From: a virus
Lineage: Duplodnaviria > Caudoviricetes
Virus record (IMG/VR): IMGVR_UViG_3300031993_000004
Coordinates: 160,001 to 224,000 of that record
DNA length: 64,000 nt
Direction: 5' to 3' (one strand)
Shown: one piece after another, positions 18,801-28,224 of the stretch
Layout: every line of letters starts with the position of its first letter
Numbering within the stretch: the stretch's first letter is position 1
The notes under the pieces: generated by a model
The model's input: the letters and a program-made list of their open reading frames with translations, nothing else
Told to the model about the DNA's origin: nothing
Database searches by the model: none
Made by a program: the position numbers and the translations under genes

Positions 18801-19368
18801 CACAACGAATACAATCCAGGCATACAATAACCCAAAGAAGATCGGACATAAATCAATCAATATCTTCAAAACCAATCGTGGTATCATTCAGCACACGCAA
18901 GCACCACGGTCAACTGGAGATATTCAGATGGTGTTCAAACACGATGATTGTTTCTATAACAATTATGGTCCATTGCCATCAGGTGCAAATTTTTACAAAG
19001 TGCTCAAGGGTGAAGTGATTGGACCATATGGTGAGATCATCTCTGTTCCAAACGGAACGACTATCCGTGTTGAGGTTGTACCTGCTGATGGGTTTGAGTT
19101 CTTGGTTGGTGCATTCAAATGGTATCTCCAAGATTTCACCCTTTCATACAACACCGATGGTGACATCAGCAATTCTAGCATTGCTTGGACTTCGAGCACT
19201 GCAACAGCTGACGACAAAGATCAGCAAAATGGTACCGCAATCACACTGACGCGTGATATTGCTGTGCTTGGTATCGGTATCGGTATAACCGTAAACACGC
19301 CACAAGTGCTGACTGCAACGATGATCAAGAGCATCAAAATCACAACGGATCCACATTTGTCGACATAA
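15826..19368 (+). CDS. Tail fibre/baseplate-attached structural protein (paralog of 12656..15280) with extra C-terminal domain
   Basis: NLYVIQSFNQDGELTDEHYGLNLITDGG, YATDKWWDVSSW, LQNKKYF and VTGTTNTIQAYNNPKKI align with the paralog. Confidence 0.65.
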   Translation: MNEITQRTGSIFDEHPQLRTFRENFMKHHPDVNFDAKNLYVIQSFNQDGELTDEHYGLNLITDGGLTAMNANTNNTNGKLALLEGVEEASSVLEYAFPTYTAIINNTSTDTANSVYPMAYDSTTGIVTQHASKTKWIYDYNIDGITRDIEVNCIIYYYTGTGAGGFNNTPVAKVTTYDVNGLPASFTKHLNEKMVITLYIVNSFHEDLIDDAYDQGIYITMNPGRIAGIGSGSNIWAKQWMCWSSLYTAYDATDNSAYTKTYTSLSNLSYYSESKYMQQNGEMTDSNYSGWTLMTDPRCFYSRSMLRFGNWYSSGFSDGGVIHITEEMKLATPEEIVCDTVYTNNSETGSLSNTFGLCAFAVEYCQGMIPVADFSISAVKGYNYTTHAWDIDISFIDEPDAYYDNPFCQSRLNVGISGATPQWDNYVYTNPRAKTITGRPPAVPVTALAPTASKVYTMYATDKWWDVSSWELIANRNAIPQSLQNKKYFISSGGDNDTLIPTYDQAVHRLNVGTEHTVLNTPAAPYWVQGFRPIINKDDGWILVQDHILFMNGNDVAASYRLHGPEMVPWMYYSTRWEYAYQNLYVYDGTDYVLNTSPTYNSRTTYYIDGLDEYTIRYNVGNKLLVGSHVGTYNTGYPTKLRLYTIIDASTPPTYIDITVDTNTTNRQYFSMYSGSQSGYYVIQDQQTHCANIISLADGSVVKLENVMYCFAVEYSNYCVYMDYNSSPIMFHVYDMTTNTIRSDIILPSEYANIVYMCGWRDYVYIKSTSGTSSYVNIINVEDGSINLSSVVIPNVFPSLTYNSGSAVANAWRLNMLVGQMYTEECMIISQPWQGSNSPIVIKYSDPETTFDLFKNGYLNERPIDAYFERNNYNGKSGSLVSYIVHDEQSISQSKLLLVNALGTQVGYQSATSKEYWIYDSSEFYPSVLDIGLAIDSGSPTNLCRFHGMKTTDATYSHGALVYWNNGIIRIDKNGDGVWRPLQWFIASQVTGTTNTIQAYNNPKKIGHKSINIFKTNRGIIQHTQAPRSTGDIQMVFKHDDCFYNNYGPLPSGANFYKVLKGEVIGPYGEIISVPNGTTIRVEVVPADGFEFLVGAFKWYLQDFTLSYNTDGDISNSSIAWTSSTATADDKDQQNGTAITLTRDIAVLGIGIGITVNTPQVLTATMIKSIKITTDPHLST

Positions 19369-19380
19369 TTCAGATATCTG

Positions 19381-19400
19381 ACATATATATTATTACTATG
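19381..19400 (+). promoter_or_regulatory. Putative phage early promoter driving the intergenic RNA
   Basis: ACATATATATTATT-ACTA-TG, the same motif as at 3716 and 36661. No RBS or ORF follows it. Confidence 0.65.
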
Positions 19401-19628
19401 AACGAGAAGAAACTGACGCGTTCCGGGATCAAAGGTTTGATGTCTAACGTACCTCCCGGGTGTCCAACTATGACGACGCGTAGATTGCATTGTGTTTCTG
19501 ATCGTTCTATTCAAAATGCATGAATGAAATGCGAGTTTGAAATTCACAAATCATCGGACAGATGGTCATGCCGTACGGGCGTGGTGAAAGGATACTCGTA
19601 TTTTCATTCATGTGTTTATTTTTTTTTT
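19400..19628 (+). ncRNA. Candidate novel two-domain structured non-coding RNA
   Basis: Domain 1 is closed by 19400-19413/19494-19507; domain 2 by 19516-19536/19594-19615 with a three-way junction. Two loop-loop complementarities, promoter upstream, long T tract downstream. Confidence 0.7.
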
Positions 19629-19635
19629 GATGAAA

Positions 19636-19661
19636 TGATGTGGGGCGTAAGCCCCACATCA
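19636..19661. terminator. Hairpin terminator between convergent units
   Basis: TGATGTGGGGC-GTAA-GCCCCACATCA just past the stop of the minus-strand baseplate gene. Confidence 0.8.
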
Positions 19662-19670
19662 ATCTCATTC

Positions 19671-22600
19671 TTATATGATATTCAATACAATGTTTGAATC
19701 AGAGAGAACGAACATTTCCGGTACATACCGTTCAAGTTCATTCTTCGGCATATCGTCCAATTCATCCCACCGTTGAACAATCGCCTGATAATCGGCATTC
19801 ATATAATGTCCATTCAGAAGTTTCTTCTGGTTGGTGTACCAACCTTTGAACTTCAAGAATGCAACATTTGGATGTTCCTCAAGCTGTTGAATCAGCTGGG
19901 AGATGTAAATGTTGTTGTCCATCGAAATCATATCAACCGGAGTATGCACAGTTGTGATGCGGTTGAAGTATGACTTGATCATCTGACGAACTTCGTTCAG
20001 TGTGTTTGTCGACAATGCAGGGTTGTACAACTTCAAATCGAACTCAATCTGGACATCCAAATCCGGCCAGAATGCAGGCGGATCCAGAGTTTTGTCAACA
20101 TCAGCAACATATGAGTGTGGGAGACCATAAGTTGCAATCAACTTGCAATCCAGATAGTTATTACCTTCCAAGCGTTTGAAGATAACTGGTTCAATTTCTT
20201 TATGCACTGTCGTGAATGCATTCACGAATGACTCGAACATATCAGAATTCATCATCCGAGCTTGCACAAATGGCATGAGCTGCACCTCAATCGCACTGTT
20301 GACAGATGTTTGAGAGAAGATCTCATCGATCTGTGCAGGATAAATCGATGTGTTGTTGTACACACGTTCCCAGTCGACATTTCCAATATACGGAGCTTCT
20401 GCAAGATCTTCCAATGTCAAACGCAATTCTGTCATGAATCCGGTAGACAATTCCGGAACTTCTGGATTTGTTCCGTATGTATGAATGATGTCATCCAACT
20501 GCGACTTCATATCACCCGCAGCGTTCTTGATGTCTTCAAACGAAAGTCCGGAGTCATCAATGGTACCGGTGATGATGTGATATGCATACTGTTTGATTGT
20601 ATACAGGTTCTTCACAGTCGGATCATATTCACCGAGTTCAATCAGTTTGTCGTATGCTTCAATCTGAACTTCTGACGGCTGCTGATATTCACCGAAGTTT
20701 ACAACACTCCGCATTTCCTTCAGCTCTTGTACAAGTGAGAATTGATCAATGTTCCACTTGTCTTGGAGACGATATCCCTTGAACGAATCATCGCCGTCGA
20801 TTGGTGATTCCAACGTCGCATCTTCTGACTTGAACAGAATATTCATTGTCAGTTCAGGTGTTGTAGCATCGACTGTCACGATCTTCGAAGAGTTTGTCGA
20901 AACCCATGAGCCGCCGCCATATTCTGTAGAAGCAATTTTAATTCGGTTATCAACATCAACCATTTTGTTCAACGGATACATCTGCGTATCGAAACGGATA
21001 CTGCCATCAGATTCAATCTGAACTGGCTGCATTTCAACACGTCCGGTTGTAATTCCGTCAACCTTTGCTTCCAACACGACACGCATGTTGTTTTTCACAA
21101 GCTGCAGTTGATCAGATACCATATAGAACAACGGAATGTTTGTGTTGCTCATGACGGCAGACAGTGGCATTTTATAATATGCGACTGCACTTTCTGATGC
21201 GGTCGGTTTCATATCGGCATACAAGATGATGCTCTTGCCATTTACCTCATTCAAATCGAATCGACAGGTACCATTGCCCAAATCAATTGGTGTATACGGC
21301 GTATAAATATTCGCAGCATTGCTGATTTGATATTGAACCGTGATACCATTGCTGTATTTGAGTTGGAAGTAAATTGTCGGTGCATACGACTGTCCGATAC
21401 GGTACAGCTTGGTTTCGCCATATTTTGTCAGACTGGTTTCAAACACATCATTCGAAACTGTCATAGACTCGAGCGTACCATCTTCTTGACCATCTTTCAA
21501 CCGCAATTCATAATAATTCTGCGACGGATATCGCTGGAACGAAATCGGATCCGTATCTTCAATTGCCGGATAGATATGGAGTTCCGTATCACCGGTGACC
21601 TTGACTTCTTCACACGGTCCATTTTCTCCCCACAATTCATTGCTGCCCTTGACGCCAGCAAAGCTATCACTGACTGCGATTGGATATTCTTTTTTCTCCG
21701 GTCCAGAATAATCTTCAATTCTCAAACCAGACAATGCCCACGTACCATCATTGTTACGGGATTTTTCTGTTACGCACAGATATGTCGTGTTCGGATTGAA
21801 TACAGTATATTGCTTCTTCGGATCCTGAACAAGAATCGGAATCATCGCAGCATACATGTCGACCGGTTTCACGAAATAGTTCCACATGATATCCGGGAAT
21901 GACGGTACTGCAGCATTCCGTCTGAAATGCTTTACGAATTCGGAACCGACATACGATGGTGCCTGATTCGGAATAATAACCGATTCAATGTTGTAGTAAT
22001 CCTTTTGATATGTGCGGACAATGTGAACGAACGACGGGGTTCCATGATAAATGATACTCTTATCCTCAGCACTCAGTGATGTATCCTGATATGCAAATGG
22101 GGTATTAACAATCGAAGCTGTTGCTGTCGTATTCACCCATGGGTTGAAGTATCCAATGGCAAATGGTGATTTCTGAATACGAATACCGAATGGATTTGCA
22201 AACAGGAAATCTTCATCAAAGTTTGCCGTGGTAGAAGCTGTTTCCACCTGTTCATTTGTTGTAACGACAAGCGGTTTCACAGTATACCGATTGGATTCTT
22301 TGTTTGCGTAAACCCATGCCCACCCTGGCGGAATAATGATTTCATTTCCATTCGGAGAAATGATTCCATCGTTGCTTCCATACAGAACACGATATGGGAT
22401 TCTTCCATGTAATGTGTTCGTTCTGTAAACATCGCCGTTGGGATCTGTCAATGCAATGAATCCGCTCCAAATTCTGCCCCATGGATCATCTCTCCGTTTG
22501 AAGAAGAACGGATACAGAATCTGTTTGAACAGAAACGTCTTGAACCATTCATAGATGTCATGGTCGGATGAAATAACATTTGCAGTGTTATACGCTTCAA

Positions 22601-23675
22601 TCGTCTCTCTGCGAGTCGTTTCATTCGTTCCAATGTTTGTACCTGAATGGCTTCCGGATGTTACAAACGCGGACTTCGTGACATTTCCGTTGTTGGTGTA
22701 CTTGTTCGTCGATGTGATGATCGATACAGACTCTTCTGTCGTAAAAGATGAGAAGTTCGCAGCCTTTCCATGACATGTGTACACCGTGAACACGAATGAC
22801 GAGTTTAGTTCCGGAACAAAGAAACGGTTTCCGTTCATTTGGAATTTGAAACGAATCGTTTGTGGAGAGTCCATGATGTAGTGCACATACGGAAGCTGAT
22901 CACTAACATCCGAGTGAATTGGCAGAATGTGATCTTTGTCAAGATACTGCTCATTGCCAGATGCATCGACATACTTCACATCAAATCCAGCAATATGATT
23001 CTGACATGTGATGACAAAATCATCATTCGGGATTCCATTCGTCATGTTGTTGACGGACGTGTGTGTCTGCCGCTCGAACTCGGACATCTGAACGAAGATG
23101 TGCAACCAATCCGAAGATGTCCGATACAGAATGTATGGCTTCTTGTTGATTGCGATCGAATTCTGCTCGTCCATATTCGTATACTGAATATTCCACGTCG
23201 GATTCTCAGTATTCGTAAATTGGATCAACACGTCATAATCCAACGAATAAATCGATCCATTCGCGAGATTAATCTTCGTATTTTTATCCAATACGAATTC
23301 CATCAAATTTCTATGCTGCGGATTCTCTTTGGCATTCTTAAACAAATCCGACAGTTTCAATTCGATCATGAAATTGCAAACTGATGGAATTGCGAATGAA
23401 TAGCCGATGTTGAAGATCGCCGCATTCGCATATATGGAATCGGACAGCACTGCTTTTGTGATAAATGACTCATTCAGATAGAATGCCGATGTAAATGCCA
23501 TGTTCTCGAGTGCCTGTGACATGTACTCAGATGCAACCGAGAAGAAACCACTGTTCAAAACGTTCAGCGGAATGTCATGGAATACGCGCGGCATCAGAAC
23601 TTCCTGAATGTATTGCTTTGTCTTCGAATCATCGGAATAATTCTGCAAAACAACATTGGGATCTTGTGTCGCCAT
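19671..23675 (-). CDS. Baseplate wedge protein (T4 gp6-like N-terminus, jumbo-phage type)
   Basis: ESFITKAVLSDSIYANAAIF and ...SGTNIGTNETTRRE...VISSDHD resemble gp6/baseplate wedge motifs; C-terminal IYISQLIQQLE. RBS AGGAGG. Confidence 0.65.
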   Translation of the reverse strand: MATQDPNVVLQNYSDDSKTKQYIQEVLMPRVFHDIPLNVLNSGFFSVASEYMSQALENMAFTSAFYLNESFITKAVLSDSIYANAAIFNIGYSFAIPSVCNFMIELKLSDLFKNAKENPQHRNLMEFVLDKNTKINLANGSIYSLDYDVLIQFTNTENPTWNIQYTNMDEQNSIAINKKPYILYRTSSDWLHIFVQMSEFERQTHTSVNNMTNGIPNDDFVITCQNHIAGFDVKYVDASGNEQYLDKDHILPIHSDVSDQLPYVHYIMDSPQTIRFKFQMNGNRFFVPELNSSFVFTVYTCHGKAANFSSFTTEESVSIITSTNKYTNNGNVTKSAFVTSGSHSGTNIGTNETTRRETIEAYNTANVISSDHDIYEWFKTFLFKQILYPFFFKRRDDPWGRIWSGFIALTDPNGDVYRTNTLHGRIPYRVLYGSNDGIISPNGNEIIIPPGWAWVYANKESNRYTVKPLVVTTNEQVETASTTANFDEDFLFANPFGIRIQKSPFAIGYFNPWVNTTATASIVNTPFAYQDTSLSAEDKSIIYHGTPSFVHIVRTYQKDYYNIESVIIPNQAPSYVGSEFVKHFRRNAAVPSFPDIMWNYFVKPVDMYAAMIPILVQDPKKQYTVFNPNTTYLCVTEKSRNNDGTWALSGLRIEDYSGPEKKEYPIAVSDSFAGVKGSNELWGENGPCEEVKVTGDTELHIYPAIEDTDPISFQRYPSQNYYELRLKDGQEDGTLESMTVSNDVFETSLTKYGETKLYRIGQSYAPTIYFQLKYSNGITVQYQISNAANIYTPYTPIDLGNGTCRFDLNEVNGKSIILYADMKPTASESAVAYYKMPLSAVMSNTNIPLFYMVSDQLQLVKNNMRVVLEAKVDGITTGRVEMQPVQIESDGSIRFDTQMYPLNKMVDVDNRIKIASTEYGGGSWVSTNSSKIVTVDATTPELTMNILFKSEDATLESPIDGDDSFKGYRLQDKWNIDQFSLVQELKEMRSVVNFGEYQQPSEVQIEAYDKLIELGEYDPTVKNLYTIKQYAYHIITGTIDDSGLSFEDIKNAAGDMKSQLDDIIHTYGTNPEVPELSTGFMTELRLTLEDLAEAPYIGNVDWERVYNNTSIYPAQIDEIFSQTSVNSAIEVQLMPFVQARMMNSDMFESFVNAFTTVHKEIEPVIFKRLEGNNYLDCKLIATYGLPHSYVADVDKTLDPPAFWPDLDVQIEFDLKLYNPALSTNTLNEVRQMIKSYFNRITTVHTPVDMISMDNNIYISQLIQQLEEHPNVAFLKFKGWYTNQKKLLNGHYMNADYQAIVQRWDELDDMPKNELERYVPEMFVLSDSNIVLNII

Positions 23676-23718
23676 GTTCTTTACCTCCTATATGGGATTA
23701 TTTGGTAAAAACCCAAAT

Positions 23719-23785
23719 GTAATGTTTGACGCCTAATAAATAGGTGTTCACATTACTTCAACGTTTTCGAAACGTTGTATACTAT
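23719..23785. promoter_or_regulatory. Divergent promoter region with hairpin and palindrome
   Basis: GTAATGT..ACGCCTA/TAGGTGT..ACATTAC hairpin and CAACGTTT-TCG-AAACGTTG inverted repeat between divergent structural genes. Confidence 0.45.
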
Positions 23786-23812
23786 TTATATACGAAAGGA
23801 GCTGCTTTCTCA

Positions 23813-26800
23813 ATGAGCATGGATAATGTACAATTGAAACAGGAAGATGCGTTTGGTGATCATGTGGTATTGTCTGATATCAATCCTGTATCAAATACAA
23901 AATCTATCGACAATGATGATACCGGTGAGAAGCTGAATGAAACTCTTTCTAGACTCTGGGAAGCGATCAATAACAAGCTGTCTCGATATGTAAATTCTGT
24001 GAATGGGCGTACAGGCGTTGTTGTGTTGAATTCCGATGACGTCGGTTTGGGAAATGTCGACAATGTATCATTCGCAGTCATCAAGTCGTGGGTTATCAAT
24101 GAGATCGAAAATGCATTCAAGAACAAACAGCTGCATATGTATGACACATATACGGATGCATTTAATGCGGCAGCAACGAATGACAGAACACTTGCATGGG
24201 CACCATTCTATTGTGATATGTACGGCGAGAGTGATCGTCGTTCTGTCATCGGTGTGTTTACGTGGAATGATTCATCCTCAACTCTCGACCTGACCTATCG
24301 TATGATCAATACGATTGGTTATGCTGATGAATCAATCCTGTATCGTACCTCGTCATCTGATTATCCGACCGAAAATGATGGTCTGAACCGCGACATTCCC
24401 GTCGGTGGAATCGGTGTTAACATCTATCAAGAGGAACGCCCGGAAGACCAGGTACTGTTCCTTGAACGCGGCGGATCCAAAGCCGTATCTGGTCTCAGAA
24501 TCGACAATGAGAAAATCGGCTCTCGTGTCTATTATGAAGACACGCCATATGGAGAGTTTAATCCAGAGACTGGTTTGCCGAGTGTAGAACCAGGCGGCTA
24601 TATGCTGTGGCGCTACAAGCAGGGTACTGGTCAGGGAGCCGACTACAAGGGATACAAAGTCCGAATTTTCATTGACGGACACGAAATTACACCGAAATTC
24701 ACAACAGTATCTTCAACAAATCCTGAACCGGAAGAATATACCAGAGAATTCTACATCGATAATCGTTGGGTCAATTATGCTTCTATGAGAAACAACGATA
24801 TCGTCGTAATGAGATTCTCAAACTTCATTCGGGATAATGACACAACGTCTGCCGGCGTTTGCTTGGATCTGAGCAGATGCCAGCCGGCAGTTGGCCGAAT
24901 CGTTAAGAGTTCCAATCCGGAATTCGATTACGACATCTATTTCCAGACTCTGAATCCGAACACGAACGGCTATGGTCTGATGACAATGGAAACGCATCAG
25001 AATCGTGATGTTAAGAGTACACAACTCGGTGTCAACATGTTGACATCTCGTGCCACACCTGATGGACGTATTGGTCATGGTGCATATAGATATGCGAATG
25101 GATATTCGATCAATATGTCTGGAATCATGACATATGCCGGTGAGGAATCTGTTAAGAATACTCTGGAACATCGTAACCCGAATATACTTCGTGGTATTCA
25201 CACGCCATGGAGTGCAGGAATTTCATCGGGTATATCTGTATATAACCTCCCGGAAGATCCTTCAAACAAGGGAAGTATGCACATTTCAACGGATGGTACG
25301 TTGTGTACATATCCATATTATCAGGCACTTGCAACGCGTCTTCGTGCTGGTGTTGCACCTGAATGGATCTCCGGAAAGTTCTATCAGAAAAACGGAGATT
25401 CATATGAAGTATTGACGTCAGAACCTGCCGGATGGAATTATCTATTCTTCATGTACTACGTCAAAGATGAGAATGATGCATACGTTTCTGTCTCGGGTAT
25501 TAAACAGGCATACAGTGCGATCAACTTCAGAACTTATGAAGGAGACCCAACAAAACAATTGTGTGTCGGATCATTGATGGCAAGCAATGCTGTCTTTGAT
25601 AATCAGGGTTATTCGTTGTCAAATGACTACAACAGCATTTATTATCCAAAAGACAGCACGGTTGAAAACCCGGCAGGCTTGGATCAATCAGATTTCATCG
25701 GTGGAACACAAGCATCCATCGGAATTAATCTTTACAAAGTTTCATCGTCATTGTATGATCATGATCCGAATGCGACCGTTGATTCAGTTGATATGTTTGA
25801 ACATATCAAAGAAAAATTCGGTTACCAATTTTTCAATTTGTCTGGTATGCGCATGAACTTTGCCGATTGGCCATATGATGACGGAAATCTTCCTATTATT
25901 GATTCTGGCACGACACATCAGTTTGATCCGAAGATGCTGTACATGATGGGTCTTCATGATTATAAGGATGCATACGGCAATGATCGCAAGTCATATATCG
26001 TTCCTGGAAGTTTCTCTGACGGTATTTCTATCAATGTCGGACGTTTTCTTGAGATTACTCCGAAGAAGACATATCGTGCAGAAAAATATTGGGAAGGCGG
26101 TAAAGTTCAAGTCCGTGTAGGTCCTGGAATGACTGAAGAAGTTGTTCAATACGATGTCACCGATGTTGTCAAGAACGGCAAATCTGCCATGACTGCTGAT
26201 ATGCCGTTCACATATGACGAGCTCGTCGAACGTTGGTTCACGACAGGCGAAGAGTTCGTTTTGTGGATCAATGAGTACACACAACATCTGGGAACAGTCA
26301 TCCACAATCAACTCGATTCAACTGGTGAAGAACCCGAAGATTGGGAAGATGAATGGTATCGGTATGAGTACAACGTCGGTACTGAGGAAGATCCCGAGTA
26401 CGTATTCCTTCCGAATATACCAGGTCAGGATATTGGATTCAATGTAATGTCCCCAACATACATGGGTCCATATTATGAACCAAACAGAACTGGTGTACTC
26501 GGTGGATGCATGACATTCGCAGAGCTTCGCAATAACATCTTCAATTCCAGCAGATTCTCAAGTGCAAAACTGATTTGGAATCGCCCGACAAACAGATTGA
26601 CACCAAAGCTTGATCCTGAGACTTTGGCAATCAATCAGAGTGGTCAAATTACAGTCATTGGTGGTGCAAATGATGCACTGACAACAAATATTCGTATTAT
26701 CGATCCCGATGGATTCTATGCGGATACATATCATGATGACGACCGTGATGACACGCAACCTCCACATACTGAACATATTCTGCTTGGAGATGGTCTCGCA

Positions 26801-28210
26801 CTTGTTGGTGGTGATGTGCGAGCAACGCCTGATCTCAGAATTGAAACTGCTGAAAAACGTATCAACAGGAAAGTTCGTTCAATATGGGATGCGTTGTCGA
26901 CGTTTGAATATTCAGACTTCATCGCAGGCAACCCGTATAACTATTTCGATATCACGGTTCCGAACGCTATCACACTTGCATGGCTGATAGAACACAAGAC
27001 GGAACTTGGAAATCAGATAGATACGAAGTCTGCATCACAAGCATATCTTCTGCTCAGGTCATTGAATTCCCATGCGACGCAATTCAGAGATAAGTGCAAT
27101 GATGCCGAGCATACTCTCACATTTAGCGATGAAACATATAACATCGCGCCGGAGTCATTTAAGGTGAGCGAGGTGCGGCTATATATGGCACAATCATTGA
27201 CAAATGTGATTAAACGTGCGACAGACATCATCAATGCAGTTCCACAATATGTCCCCGATGCAAGCAATGCACTTAAGCTCTATCAGTATATCGCAGATCA
27301 TTATTCACTCGGACAAGTATCGGGAGCAGATCAATTAATTTCTCATATCCCAGAAATAACCGTATTCAACAATCACACTGCGGCTGAATCAAACGATTTA
27401 TTGCCACTCGACTGGCTGTTCGGCTTCTTTGCGCGAACAATTCTGAACAGCAGAGGATGGGAGAAAATCATCACAGGTACATTCGATTACGATCCGTTGG
27501 AATATTATCCTGCTGGATGGACACCGTCTGGATTTGGTGATTACTTCTGGAAAGATTCCGAGAATGTGTATCATCAGATTGAGAACGGAACATTCGAGTC
27601 GAGATATGCTGAAGGTGTGTACTACACGCGTGATGCTGGTACCGGAACATTCTCTCTGATTACAACATTCAATCAGAGTGATGTTGTGTCTTCGTACTAT
27701 ATCCAGAATCGATACGTGAAACAAGATGGCACGAACGTTACCCAGCCAGCTGACTGGAGTTATGCATGGGCAAAATACTACTATACCGATGATGCTACTG
27801 ACCCGAAGCTGTTTAAGCATGTCACCGGAAGTACTGCTCCAGAATGGGTCGCGAACACATATTACACTGAAAAATCTGATGGTGATGTCGTCGGATATGA
27901 GAAAGTGTATACAACATGTGCGTTCTCGCAAACTGAACGCGGAACACTTCCGCCAGAAGGTTCTGCAGATCCAGGCAACTTCATTCCATGCGCACCGATC
28001 TGGTCTGAACTCACTGTGTACGACAGTGATTCGTCTGAAACGCCACAAGAGTCCCAACCTGCAGACTGGTATACAAACTATGCCAACTACTTCACTCGTA
28101 CTGGAGAAGTCGGCAGCTACGTGTATACTAATGTCGAGGCCGCGAAGTATTACTTCAAGACTTGCCGTGGCACATACTATTCAAGAACACTTACACCGTC
28201 TAATACATGA
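23813..28210 (+). CDS. Large tail fibre-like virion protein with aromatic (E/Q)PxxW repeats
   Basis: VNSVNGRTGVVVLNSDDVGLGNVDN is a common phage fibre motif. Repeats SEPAGW, EEPEDW, QPADW (x2), APEWVANTYY. RBS AAGGAG before ATG 23813. Confidence 0.65.
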   Translation: MSMDNVQLKQEDAFGDHVVLSDINPVSNTKSIDNDDTGEKLNETLSRLWEAINNKLSRYVNSVNGRTGVVVLNSDDVGLGNVDNVSFAVIKSWVINEIENAFKNKQLHMYDTYTDAFNAAATNDRTLAWAPFYCDMYGESDRRSVIGVFTWNDSSSTLDLTYRMINTIGYADESILYRTSSSDYPTENDGLNRDIPVGGIGVNIYQEERPEDQVLFLERGGSKAVSGLRIDNEKIGSRVYYEDTPYGEFNPETGLPSVEPGGYMLWRYKQGTGQGADYKGYKVRIFIDGHEITPKFTTVSSTNPEPEEYTREFYIDNRWVNYASMRNNDIVVMRFSNFIRDNDTTSAGVCLDLSRCQPAVGRIVKSSNPEFDYDIYFQTLNPNTNGYGLMTMETHQNRDVKSTQLGVNMLTSRATPDGRIGHGAYRYANGYSINMSGIMTYAGEESVKNTLEHRNPNILRGIHTPWSAGISSGISVYNLPEDPSNKGSMHISTDGTLCTYPYYQALATRLRAGVAPEWISGKFYQKNGDSYEVLTSEPAGWNYLFFMYYVKDENDAYVSVSGIKQAYSAINFRTYEGDPTKQLCVGSLMASNAVFDNQGYSLSNDYNSIYYPKDSTVENPAGLDQSDFIGGTQASIGINLYKVSSSLYDHDPNATVDSVDMFEHIKEKFGYQFFNLSGMRMNFADWPYDDGNLPIIDSGTTHQFDPKMLYMMGLHDYKDAYGNDRKSYIVPGSFSDGISINVGRFLEITPKKTYRAEKYWEGGKVQVRVGPGMTEEVVQYDVTDVVKNGKSAMTADMPFTYDELVERWFTTGEEFVLWINEYTQHLGTVIHNQLDSTGEEPEDWEDEWYRYEYNVGTEEDPEYVFLPNIPGQDIGFNVMSPTYMGPYYEPNRTGVLGGCMTFAELRNNIFNSSRFSSAKLIWNRPTNRLTPKLDPETLAINQSGQITVIGGANDALTTNIRIIDPDGFYADTYHDDDRDDTQPPHTEHILLGDGLALVGGDVRATPDLRIETAEKRINRKVRSIWDALSTFEYSDFIAGNPYNYFDITVPNAITLAWLIEHKTELGNQIDTKSASQAYLLLRSLNSHATQFRDKCNDAEHTLTFSDETYNIAPESFKVSEVRLYMAQSLTNVIKRATDIINAVPQYVPDASNALKLYQYIADHYSLGQVSGADQLISHIPEITVFNNHTAAESNDLLPLDWLFGFFARTILNSRGWEKIITGTFDYDPLEYYPAGWTPSGFGDYFWKDSENVYHQIENGTFESRYAEGVYYTRDAGTGTFSLITTFNQSDVVSSYYIQNRYVKQDGTNVTQPADWSYAWAKYYYTDDATDPKLFKHVTGSTAPEWVANTYYTEKSDGDVVGYEKVYTTCAFSQTERGTLPPEGSADPGNFIPCAPIWSELTVYDSDSSETPQESQPADWYTNYANYFTRTGEVGSYVYTNVEAAKYYFKTCRGTYYSRTLTPSNT

Positions 28211-28224
28211 ATCGAGGTGGTCTT

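Noticed and set aside
19221-19547. 108-aa minus-strand ORF across the RNA candidate
   Set aside because: No RBS, overlaps the end of a real gene on the opposite strand and lies beyond the minus-strand terminator.
19400-19628. Assignment of the RNA candidate to a known class (tRNA, tmRNA, hammerhead, HDV-like, SRP, 6S, RNase P)
   Set aside because: No T-loop/CCA cloverleaf; CTGACGC rather than CTGANGA; none of the other signature sequences recognised by eye.
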